NCBI GenBank assembly: GCA_963788655.1 | Contig: CAWBHS010000026.1 | Coordinates: forward strand, 6,262 to 70,261 | Reading direction: 5' to 3' | Origin: an uncultured Verrucomicrobiae bacterium | Lineage (GTDB): Bacteria; Verrucomicrobiota; Verrucomicrobiia; Limisphaerales; JAFGQR01 | DNA: 64,000 nt | The notes under the pieces: model-generated | Told to the model about the DNA's origin: nothing | Seen by the model: the letters and a program-made list of their open reading frames with translations, nothing else | Database searches by the model: none | Position numbers and translations under genes: made by a program | In this document: positions 20,226 to 29,856 of the stretch, in pieces | Numbering within the stretch: the first letter of the stretch is position 1 | How the letters are laid out: each line of letters begins with the position of its first letter

Positions 20226-21370
20226 ATGAGACGCGCGGGCCAACTCCTGGCGGCCATCGCCGACCCCGCCAACCTGCGGCTGGCCTTTTGGAAAGCGGCC
20301 AAAGGGAAACGCAGCAGGGCGGACTGCCGGGCCTTTCAAGAGGAACTGGACGCGAACCTCGCGGCCCTTCGCGACGATTTGCTGGCGGGCCAGGCGCGGG
20401 CGGGAGCCTACCACTACTTCACCATTCACGATCCCAAGGAGCGCACGATTTGCGCGGCCAGCTTCCGCGAACGGGTGTTGCACCACGCGCTGATGAACGT
20501 CTGCGAGCCGGTGCTGGAGCGGGCGGCCATCTTCGATAGTTATGCCTGCCGGAAAGGCAAGGGCAACTGGCGGCGGTACGGCGCGCCGAGACCTTTTCCC
20601 GGCAATACGGCTGGTTCCTCAAAATGGATGTGCGCAAGTACTTCGATTCGGTGGCCCACGGTGTCTTGCGCGGATTGCTGGGCCGGAAGTTCAAGGACGC
20701 AGCCGTCCTGGCTTTGTTCGACCAAGTGCTGGCCAGCTACCACACGACACGCGGATGCGGCCTGCCGATCGGGAATCTGACCTCGCAGCACTTCGCCAAT
20801 TTCTACCTGGCGCCGCTGGACCGGTTCCTCAAGGAGCATCTGCGGCGCCGGGCTTACGTGCGCTACATGGATGATTTCGTGGTTTGGGGTGACAGCGGCG
20901 CCGAACTGCGCGCCGTGTGGCGGGCGGTGGGAACGTTTCTTTCGGCGGAGTTGCGGCTGGAGTTAAAACCGACCGTGGCGTTGAACAAGACCGCCTTCGG
21001 CATGGATTTTCTCGGCTACCGGCTTTTTCCGTGTGACCTCCGCCTGGCCCGCCGGAGTCAACTGCGTTTTGCCCGCAAGTTCCGCCGCTATGAGCGCGAG
21101 CATCGGGAGGGGCGCTGGACGGAGCGGCAATTGGAGCAGCGGATGCAGGCGCTGGTGGCCTTCACCCTGCCCGCCCGTAGCCGGGACTGGCGAGTCCACG
21201 TCATGCACCGATTTGGGGTGGCAACCAACGGGCTCGAACCGCGTGATCCGCGGGGGCAGTTGGAACAACAACGCGAACAACTGCCGGTCGGCGAACCGCA
21301 ACCACAACAACCCGACGAACAGGAACAACAATATCGGGTTCCGAGTTGTCCTGGCCCCAGCTCAACCTGA
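20226..21370 (+). CDS. DGR-type reverse transcriptase; 1 frameshift ~20563
   Basis: ORF 20226..20780 (…[22 protein letters not shown]…SYACRKGKG) joins ORF 20624..21370 through frame-3 text [30 protein letters not shown]. Also [16 protein letters not shown] (DGR hallmark) and [12 protein letters not shown] (catalytic YxDD). Confidence 0.85.
21228..21341 (+). repeat. DGR template repeat (TR), embedded in the RT 3' end in another frame
   Basis: ~35 A in 114 nt, 14 AAC codons. Translates (frame of ORF 21033..21446) to [38 protein letters not shown], a consensus-like FGE/CLec C-terminus. Confidence 0.75.
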
Positions 21371-21900
21371 GCGTTGGACGACGCTCCGGCTGACCCGGCT
21401 GCCATCCTGTCCGCGAGGCTCGCTGTTTCGCGGCAAAGAGCAGTGAACGAAGGCCCGGTGTGAGTAGTGGAGCGGACGCTTCGCGAAAGCTCCGGGCTTT
21501 TCACTGGCGCCCAGCGAACCCGCCGCCACACGCCCTGATGCCGGTTTAGCCGCCGGTGGACGTGAGCGGTTTCGGATGGGGGACAGTTCTTGGTATGGTA
21601 CGCGGTTCTTGATAGTGGCAAATACTTGCCAGGCTTCTTCCCTTGATCCAGCCGAGGCTTCGCATGGCGATCCGCTGCAATTCCTCCGCAAAGGGAAACA
21701 TGTAAATCTCCCATTGCTTCATGCGTCGAGGACCGGCTTGGAGCCGCGACAGATTCGTTCTTCAAAACGGGCATCATCGGGATCGGCATAGCACGAGGCA
21801 AAGTAACCCGATGGACGTATCGGATTTCCTTCGTTGTTAAACCAATCTATCCATTGATATTCGCGCTTGCGAGTGTGCAGCCGGGACGGCATGGTTGGGC

Positions 21901-22119
21901 ATGACCTGTGTTGGAAAAGTCGAGAAGGGAACCGTGGTGCTCCCACCGGAAGTCAAACTGCCGGACGGCACAGAGGTCGTGGTGAGCATTCCGGAATCGA
22001 CGGCGGGCGGTCCAACCTTTGCCGAACGGTATAAAGCGTTCATTGGCATGGCCGACGATTTGCCGGAAGATCTTGCCCTAAACCTCGACCACTATTTGCA
22101 TGGCCACCCGAAGAAATGA
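21901..22119 (+). CDS. VapB-like antitoxin (small beta-rich DNA-binding type)
   Basis: ORF 21895..22119; ATG 21901 (MTCVGKVEKGTVVLPPEVKLPDGTEVVVSIPE). The stop overlaps the vapC ATG (ATGA at 22116-22119). Confidence 0.55.
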   Translation: MTCVGKVEKGTVVLPPEVKLPDGTEVVVSIPESTAGGPTFAERYKAFIGMADDLPEDLALNLDHYLHGHPKK

Positions 22120-22517
22120 AACCCGTCTTCGTGGATTCGTTTTACTTCGTTGCCTGTCTTAACCGTCATGACCAGCATCACGAAAAGGCGATGACTTCTG
22201 CGCGCCAGCCAATGGGGCCGATGATTACGACTCGCTGGGTGTTGATGGAAGTTGCCGATGCTCTGGCTGCTTCCACTTGCCGCAAGCAAATGGCAGCCTT
22301 CATTTCCGCCTTGGAGGCAGACGCCAATGTTCGGCTTGTTGAGGCGCAGCTAAACCTTTTCCAACGCGGATTGGAACTTTACGACCAGCGGCCGGACAAG
22401 GCGTGGACATTGACCGATTGCATCTCATTTGTCGTGATGGCTGATGAAGGTTTGACGGATGCCCTCACGGGAGACCACCACTTTGAGCAGGCAGGGTTCA
22501 AGGCTTTGCTCAGATAG
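22116..22517 (+). CDS. vapC: PIN-domain ribonuclease toxin VapC
   Basis: 133 aa. MKPVFVDSFYFVA (first acidic residue), LMEVADAL, TLTDCISFVVM and TGDHHFEQAGF follow the PIN acidic-residue pattern. Confidence 0.8.
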   Translation: MKPVFVDSFYFVACLNRHDQHHEKAMTSARQPMGPMITTRWVLMEVADALAASTCRKQMAAFISALEADANVRLVEAQLNLFQRGLELYDQRPDKAWTLTDCISFVVMADEGLTDALTGDHHFEQAGFKALLR

Positions 22518-22622
22518 CCTCCAGTTCATCGTGCGCATGAACGCGTGGGACCAGCGTAGGCCCCGAGCTGTTCGTGCTGTGATAAACGTTCGCAGTTAGA
22601 GGCGGAATTTACGGGGCCAAGT

Positions 22623-25600
22623 TCACAGCACTGCCAGCAATTTCCTTATCTCATTCAACCGCGCTTTGGCGGTGGTTTTAGTCAGACGGGGGAACTTGCC
22701 GTGCAGCATGATGTAATCATTGTAGCGGGTCAGTTTGAGCTTGTCCTCCTGGGTTTCGATGGAACTGATGCCTTTGGCGCTGGCAATTAACTTCAGGGTG
22801 CTGACTTGCAATAGCAATTGCACCGGCTCGGGCAACGGACCGAACCGGTCGCGCATTTCGCCTTTCAATTGTTCCAGCGATTCGTCGTCGGTGATTTCGG
22901 CCAGCTTGCGGTAGATCTCCAGCCGGTGTTGCGGGTCAGCAATGTAATTCAGCGGGATGAACGCGCCGGCTTTCTGGACGACTGGTGCTGATCGTGGCGA
23001 CTTGTCGGAAGCAGGTTCGTCGGCCTCGCTGATATACGTTGCGGTTTCACGGGGCACGTTGATTTCAAGATCGGTATTGCGTTGGCCGCGACCTTTCTTT
23101 TGCTGCTTGCATTGGGTCGCCTGCGCTTCGGCGGCGGCGGCTTCACCGGCACTGGCGGCCAGGAAATCCAATCGCACCACCACTTCGACGCGCGGTTTGA
23201 CCTTTTCGCCTTTAAGCGTCGCCACGCTTTGCTTGAGCAACTGGCAGTAAAGCTCGAAACCCACGGCGGTGATGTGGCCGCTTTGCTCGGCGCCCAGCAG
23301 GTTGCCGGCGCCGCGGATTTCGAGGTCGCGCATGGCGATTTTGAAGCCGCTGCCGAGCGTGGAGTATTGCTTGATGGCGCTGATGCGTTTGCGCACGTCG
23401 GTCAGCAGGCTGGCGTGGCGCGGCAGCAGCAGATAGGCGTAAGCCTGATGTTTGTAGCGGCCCACGCGGCCGCGCAATTGGTAAAGGTCGCTCAGGCCGA
23501 ACCGGTCGGCGCGGTCGATGATGATGGTGTTGGCGTTCGGAATGTCGAGGCCGCTCTCGATGATGCGTCGTGGAAAGCAGCACGTCGGCTTCGCCGTTGA
23601 CAAACTTGGCCATCACTTCCTCCAGGTCGTCGCTCGTGCATCTGGCCGTGGCCGACGACAATGCGCGCCTGGGGCACCAGCGTCCGCCAGACGTGTGCGC
23701 CACAGTCATCGATCGTCGATCACGCGGTTGTGCAGGAAGAAGACCTGGCCGCCGCGGTTCAATTCGCGCTGGATGGCATCGCGGATGACGCGCTCGTCGT
23801 ATTGCGACACGATGGTTTCCACCGGCAGCCGGTCATGCGGCGGCGTCTGGATGGTGCTCATGTCGCGGGCGCCGGTGAGCGCCAGGTAAAGCGTGCGCGG
23901 AATCGGCGTGGCGCTCAGCGTGAGCACATCCACCAGCTGGCGCAGCATCTTGAACTTCTCCTTGTGCAACACGCCGAACCGCTGTTCCTCGTCGATGACC
24001 ACCAGGCCGAGGTCCTTGAACACGATGTCGCTTCTGCACCAGGCGGTGCGTGCCGATGACGATGTCCACCGCGCCGGTCGCCAGATCACGCACGACGCGC
24101 TGCCTGGTTCCGGCGGGTGCGGAAGCGGGAGAGCAGTTCGATGCGGATCGGATAATCCGCCATGCGCTCGCGGAACGTGTTGAAATGCTGCTGCGCCAGC
24201 ACGGTGGTCGGCACGAGCATGGCCACCTGTTTGCCGTCCATCACCGCTTTGAACGCGGCGCGAATGGCGACTTCGGTTTTGCCGAAGCCCACGTCGCCGC
24301 AGATCAGACGGTCCATCGGCTTGGGCCGTTCCATGTCGGACTTGGTTTCGACGATGGCGCGCATTTGGTCGGGCGTTTCCTCGTAGATGAACGCGCTTTC
24401 GAACTCGCGCTGCCAGGGCGTGTCCGCGGGAAAGGCGTGGCCGGCTGCGATTCGCGCGCGGCCTGGATGGACAGCAAGCTCAGCGGCGACATCCCGCACC
24501 GCTTTCTCCGCTTGTTCCTTGGCTTTGTTCCAGCGCGTGCCGCCGAGCGTGTTCAGCGGCGGACGCGCTTTGCCGGCGCCGACGTATTTGCTGACCAGAT
24601 GGGCTTCGGTAACGGGCACGTAGAGGTTTGGGCGCCGGCTGCGTCGGAGTCGCGCGGCGCATATTCGATCACCAGGCATTCCTGGCCTGACTCCGGCAAC
24701 GGACGCGGCGTGGCGCCTCCGGTCGCCGGCTTGTGCCGGTCGGCGGCGGCAGAAGCTTCAAGCCCAGGTAACGTCCGATGCCGTGCTGCACATGAACGAC
24801 GTAATCGCCTTCTTCCAGATCCGTGAAATCAATGTCAAGCGCCGAGCGCGTCGCCTGGGCGTGCGGCGATTTCAGCCGGCGCGGTCGCTGCACTTTGTAG
24901 CGCCCGAAGATCTCCGCGTCGGTGACCACGACCAGTTTCGCCGAGTCGCTAAGAAATCCGCGGGTTAAGGCGCCCAGGTGCAACACAGGCGGAGCGCCTC
25001 GACCGCGGCCAAGGGATGCAGTCCTTTTTGCGTCAACGGCCGATGAAGCGTTTTCCGGGAGTGAGTTGCCTGTGTCGGTACTAGGAAGTCGAGGAGCTGA
25101 ACCGGCATCACCCAACCCATATTCCTCCCAAATTTCATGGAACCGCTGACGTTCGCCGTCGTTGTTGCAAAAGACATGGACTTGGTAGCTCTGGCGCAGC
25201 CACCGGTGCAATTGGGCGAAAAACTCGCGGCGTTGTGCTTCGGCGATGGCTGGTTCCGGCGCGCGATCCACGATGGGCCGGAAGGCGTCGAGAGACGAGA
25301 AGGCGAGGTTGCCAAGCGCCGCATCCAACGGTCCCACGCTGGCTTCCGATGTATCCAATGGCGCAGCAGATGGCTCGCTGGCAGATGCCAATTCGTCGTC
25401 AGGTGGAAGTAGTGCTTCGCCTGCGAAACCAGCGACCACGGATTCCTCCGCGGACAGTTCTAATTGCGTCATTCCCCGGTCGGCCAGTTCACTCCTGAAG
25501 TCTTCCCAATCGATATGAAACGAATCCTCCTCCGGCACCAGATCGGCGTAGCTGCCCGCGGTTTCAGCCAGTGCTTCCGGTTCGCACAACAGCCAGATCG

Positions 25601-26525
25601 CCGCGCGCGGCAAGTAATCCAGTAACGTGGCGAGCGCAGGGGGATGGTTACTTGTTGAGGGTTGATGGGACGATGCTGGTGGACCGGCGGTATCAGCTTT
25701 CAAGGCCAGTTCCTTTTTCAACACGCCCAGTTCCCCGGCAGGGGAAAGCAGAACGCTCGTGATGGGCTCCCGCGACATTTGGCTGATGGGATCAAAGAAC
25801 CGCAGCGACTCGACTTCGTTGCCGAAGAATTCCAGCCGGACCGGCCAGGGACTGGTGGGCGGAAAAATGTCCAGGATGCCACCGCGCAAGGCGATTTCGC
25901 CTTTGTGGTTAACCTGCGCTTCCGGCTCGTAGCCCAAGTCTTCCAGCCACTCGATCAAGTCGAGCGGATTGATTGGATCGCCGCGTTGCACGGTACGAAT
26001 GCGCTGCCGCAATTGTTGCGGCGGGTAGGTGCGCTGGAGCAACGCGGTCACGCTGGCCACCACGATGGGTGACGCGGAAATGTCCGAGCCCGAGGTCGCA
26101 ACAGTCGCGACCGACGACAAGGCAGCCAGAGTTTCCAGGCGCTCGCTAATGACGTCCACGTGCGGGAGTTTACCTTCGTGCGGCAGCACTTCCCAGGCGG
26201 GATAGAACAGGAGTTGTGAGCTCTGGTTTGCTGGCGGGGAATCAGCGGTGTTTCCATTTTGGCTCGCTCCATACTTCAGCCACGTGGTGATGTCCTGATG
26301 ATGACTCTCCTGCGTCTTCAAGCCCTCGGCCACCACGATGACCGGACGTTGGGGAAACAACCGATGCAAGAGCACCGCCAGGAAAGGTTGCGCACCCGCG
26401 CTGACGCCACCGCAGGGCAAAACACTCCCCTGCTCCAGTCGCTGTGCCATCGCCTGCACGGTGGGAGTTTGCGCTGCCGCGGCGAACAAATCGTTTGCCA
26501 CCGTCCTGGATTTCCTGGACGCCAA
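22623..26525 (-). CDS. mfd: transcription-repair coupling factor Mfd, broken by about 9 frame changes as assembled
   Basis: Fragments 24669..26525 (N-terminal/UvrB-like, [20 protein letters not shown]), 24086..24679 ([14 protein letters not shown]; [11 protein letters not shown] Walker A), 23706..24089 ([11 protein letters not shown]; [12 protein letters not shown]), 23212..23709, 23492..23677 (VGHGQM) and 22623..23603 ([18 protein letters not shown]; YQLRGRVGR). Confidence 0.85.
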
Positions 26526-26586
26526 GTTCCCGCAACCTTGCAGTCAGGGGCCAACTCGTCAAGAATGGGCTGCTGTCCTCCAGTGG

Positions 26587-26627
26587 TTCCAACGTGCTGC
26601 CGGCATCCTGCCGGCAGCACGTTGGAA
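26587..26627. repeat. perfect 19-bp-arm palindrome (REP family ctgccggca/cacgttgg)
   Basis: ttccaacgtgctgccggca-tcc-tgccggcagcacgttggaa. Related copies at 26838-26900, 26955-26985 and 61240-61270, and in the 8561-9040 array. Confidence 0.9.
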
Positions 26628-26640
26628 CGAAGGCTTCGAA

Positions 26641-26773
26641 TCAATGACCAATGCTCAAAACCCAATGACCAGAGAATGCCCAATCCTCAAAATCCAGGGA
26701 CCGGCTAATCGGCCGGCGGTCGTTTCGTCGTTTCACCTTGGTGCTTGGACCTTGGGCCTTCATTGGTCATTGG
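26641..26773. repeat. second copy of the ~130-bp MITE/REP-like element (tcaatgacca ... tggtcattgg)
   Basis: Shares its termini and the caatgaccagagaatg(c/t)cc and ggtgcttgg blocks with 5391-5520. Confidence 0.55.
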
Positions 26774-27043
26774 CCGTTGCTGATTAATCAAACGTAACGT
26801 CCTAAACTGTCGTTCCCGCCATTGCATTCGTCTGCCCGCAGGACGCCGGCAGCACGTTGGCCCAGCGTGCTGTCGGCATCCTGCCGGCAGTTTGGAACGG
26901 GCCATTCGAATGTTAAGTCCCTCGAGTATTTGGACGCAGCTCTTGCATCCGACTCTGCCGGCGGGACGCCAGCAGCACGTTGCTGAGAGTTATCCGGTCC
27001 GCCTCCTTACGTCGGCGGCTACCACGAGTGTGAAAGGTGCGGG

Positions 27044-29143
27044 CTAAGCCGCCGGGTAGGTCTTGTAGTAGTCTTTGTAGCGGTAGTAATAATACTCGCC
27101 GGTGGAGGCGCGGACGGCGTTGAAGACCACGCCCAGCACATGAGCCTGGCGTTGATACAACAAGTCCAGCGCGGCGCGGGCCACGCGCGCCGAGGTGTGC
27201 TCCGCACGCACTACAAAGATCACTCCGTCCACGTGCGGTGCCAGACTGCTGACATCGTCCGCAGCCATAACGGGCGGTGAATCCACCAACACGTAATCGT
27301 AGGCGCCTGCTGCTTCTTTCAGGAGTTTTTCGGTCGCCTGGCTCAACAACAATTCGCTGGAGCCATACGTGCTTTCGCCCCGCGGGAGCAGCGACAAGTT
27401 GCTGACGGTGGAGCCTTTGACCGCTTCTTTCCAGGGCAGATGTCCGGCCAGTACCTCGCTGAGCCCGGGCTGACTTTCGAGGTTAAACCGCGAGTGGAGG
27501 GTGCCTTTGCGCAAGTCGCCATCGACCAGCAAGACCCGGGAACCCGCCTGCGCCATGTTGATGGCCAGGTTGGCCGTGGTAATGGATTTGCCGTCGTTGG
27601 GAATGGAACTCGTGACCAGGAGGATCCGCGGACGCTGGCCATTTTCGGACCCAAACAACAGCGAGGACCGGAGGTTGCGGTAGGATTCGAGGAACGCATG
27701 GCGCGTGTCGGCCGGCTGAAGCAATGCCAGATCGCCGTTCTTGCCCAGGGATTTTTCCCGCGGGATTTGTCCCAGAATCGTTTCATCGAACAACTCCTGC
27801 ATTTCGGTAAACGAACTCATACGGTCATCCAACCGATCGACAAACAGGAGGATAACCAACCCCAGGATCAGGCCACCGGCTGCCGCCAGGGCGAGGCTGC
27901 GGACCAAACCGGGGCGATCGAGCATGGCCGGCGAGGCCGTTTCCATAATGGTCACGTTTTCCGGATTGATGCCTTTGTTGACGTCCAGCGTCTGCATGGT
28001 GGCCAGCAGGCGATCATAAAGCTTTTGCGTCCGCTCGTAGTTGGATTGGATGTTCTTGTATTCGGCCATTGCCTTACTGCTTTGCAGCGCCTTCTTCTCC
28101 CACTCCGTGATGTCCTTTTTCAGGTTCTCGATCTGGAGCGCAATCGATTTCTTTTTGCTGTCCAGTTGTTCCACGTTTTGCTCGCGATAAATCCCCAGCA
28201 ACCGTTCACGGCGGGCGATGTCTTCACTCAGGGCGATCATCTTGGGATGCTTGGGCCGCAGAAACTCACTCAACTCCTGTTGCTCCGCCTTGAGCATGAG
28301 GATTTGCTGTTTGGCTTTGAAATAATCCGCCGTCAAGCCCACGATGCTCGCCTTGCTGGCCAGGTCCTGCAGGAGACCTTCGTTCAACGGGGTGAGGCCT
28401 TCCTTTTGCTGCTCACGTTCCAGGTTTTGCTCGAGCGTCAAGGATTTCAACAGTTCGTATTCGGACTTGAGCGCTTCGACCTGGGCGTTGAGCAGGGCCA
28501 GACGGTTGCCGGCGCTGTTGCCTTGCTCCTGCAAAAAGACGATGCTGTTGCTGCTTTGGAAATTCACGAGGTCCTGTTCGCCCTTGCGCAGGTTCCCTTC
28601 GATGCGACTGACGTCCTCGGTCAGGTTGGCCAGCGTGCTGTCGGAGGTCTGCTCGCGCATTTCCTTTTTCAGGTTGGTGTATTCCTCCATGCTGGCCTGC
28701 AGGAAAGCCCGGGCATAATCCGGATCGTCCGCGGTAACCCGCAGATTGAATATCGTGGTGCGGGGGGATACAGAAACTTTGAGATCCGGTTCCAAAGTCG
28801 CCCAATCTTGATTGCGGGCCAGGACGCGTTTTTGCGCGCGATTCAGGACCACGCTGCTTTGCATCAAAGCGGCCTGAGTGCCGAGGAAATTGCTGAGTTC
28901 CTCCGTGTACACCGAGCCTTCCGGAATCGAGAGCTTGATGCTGACAATCATGCGCCCAACAGAAAAGAAAGAGGGGGGCGCGTAATAAAGGTAAGCACCT
29001 TCCCCCGCGAGAGCCACCAGCATGCACAGCGGCAAGACCCACCAACGTTTGCGCAAGAGGTTTTTATAACGGTTGAACCGGGCGAAAAATTGCGCCGTCC
29101 GGGTGGACCGGTCCGGGACGAAGGTGTTGGGTTGATCGGTCAT
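27044..29143 (-). CDS. polysaccharide co-polymerase / tyrosine autokinase (Wzc/GumC family)
   Basis: 699 aa. Two TM segments flank a long coiled-coil periplasmic region. Walker A TSSIPNDGKSITTANLA, DGDLRKG, and Tyr-rich tail GEYYYYRYKDYYKTY. Confidence 0.85.
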   Translation of the reverse strand: MTDQPNTFVPDRSTRTAQFFARFNRYKNLLRKRWWVLPLCMLVALAGEGAYLYYAPPSFFSVGRMIVSIKLSIPEGSVYTEELSNFLGTQAALMQSSVVLNRAQKRVLARNQDWATLEPDLKVSVSPRTTIFNLRVTADDPDYARAFLQASMEEYTNLKKEMREQTSDSTLANLTEDVSRIEGNLRKGEQDLVNFQSSNSIVFLQEQGNSAGNRLALLNAQVEALKSEYELLKSLTLEQNLEREQQKEGLTPLNEGLLQDLASKASIVGLTADYFKAKQQILMLKAEQQELSEFLRPKHPKMIALSEDIARRERLLGIYREQNVEQLDSKKKSIALQIENLKKDITEWEKKALQSSKAMAEYKNIQSNYERTQKLYDRLLATMQTLDVNKGINPENVTIMETASPAMLDRPGLVRSLALAAAGGLILGLVILLFVDRLDDRMSSFTEMQELFDETILGQIPREKSLGKNGDLALLQPADTRHAFLESYRNLRSSLLFGSENGQRPRILLVTSSIPNDGKSITTANLAINMAQAGSRVLLVDGDLRKGTLHSRFNLESQPGLSEVLAGHLPWKEAVKGSTVSNLSLLPRGESTYGSSELLLSQATEKLLKEAAGAYDYVLVDSPPVMAADDVSSLAPHVDGVIFVVRAEHTSARVARAALDLLYQRQAHVLGVVFNAVRASTGEYYYYRYKDYYKTYPAA

Positions 29144-29148
29144 GGGTC

Positions 29149-29856
29149 TTACAAGTTGAAGATTCGTGCCGGCACGATAATAAAGTCATCCGGCTCCAAC
29201 ACCACGTCCTGCTCGATTTTCCCCTCTTCAAGAATTTCTTGCATGTTCAATTCAAAGATGTGTTTGGTCTCGGCCTTCGAGTCCGGATTGCGGATCAATT
29301 TCACCTTCTTCTTGTTGGCGAAATCACCGAAGCCTCCCGCGCGCAGGATAGCTTTGCCCGCCGTGAGATGTTCGTTCACCATTAACTCAATCGCCCCTTG
29401 ATTCCGCACCTGCCCCCAGACATAAACCCGCCCCAGGATTTTGTTGGCCTGATCGAGCGAGATGATCACCGTGGCGCGGTAATAATACTCCTTCTCAAGC
29501 TGGGCTTTGATTTCGTCCGCCAACTGTTTGCACGTCTTGTCGGCGGCGGCAACGCGTCCCAAATACGGAATGTCCAACTCACCTGAATCCGTCACCACCA
29601 GGCTTCGGGGCAACTCACGATCCTCGATAATCTGGAAGCTGATGCGGTCCCCTACCCGCAGCTTGTATTTGTCATCCGGCACGTAACCGCTCGGGGTGGT
29701 GGGTACCGTTAACGAGGGCAGGCCGAGGTAATTGGTTGGGCTGTAAACCACACCCGCGCTGGGATTTTGCGCGTAACCAACTCCCGTCCCCACCAGGGTA
29801 ACGGCCAGGCCTGCGAGTAGAATCATCATCCGACGCATAGATAAGTTCATGATCAT
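29149..29856 (-). CDS. polysaccharide export protein (Wza-like: Poly_export + SLBB)
   Basis: 235 aa. Signal peptide MRRMMILLAGLAVTLVG; YKLRVGDRISFQI...PYLGRVAAADKT...GRVYVWGQVRNQGAIEL. 5-nt gap to wzc. Confidence 0.8.
   Translation of the reverse strand: MIMNLSMRRMMILLAGLAVTLVGTGVGYAQNPSAGVVYSPTNYLGLPSLTVPTTPSGYVPDDKYKLRVGDRISFQIIEDRELPRSLVVTDSGELDIPYLGRVAAADKTCKQLADEIKAQLEKEYYYRATVIISLDQANKILGRVYVWGQVRNQGAIELMVNEHLTAGKAILRAGGFGDFANKKKVKLIRNPDSKAETKHIFELNMQEILEEGKIEQDVVLEPDDFIIVPARIFNL

Larger units (their letters stand above)
16899..21370 (+). mobile_element. diversity-generating retroelement cassette: target gene(VR) - HRDC accessory - RT - TR
   Basis: See the component features. The RT carries the LPIGNLTSQ and YMDDF boxes. 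The AAC-rich TR (21228-21341) matches the 3' end of the target gene (19241-19353), with mismatches concentrated at TR adenines. Confidence 0.8.

Noticed and set aside
20226-21370. The RT as a group II intron maturase or a retron RT.
   Set aside because: There are no intron RNA domain V/VI-like structures, no X/En domains, and no msr/msd-like inverted repeats directly upstream. An A-mutated TR/VR pair and the LGxxxSQ box point to a DGR.
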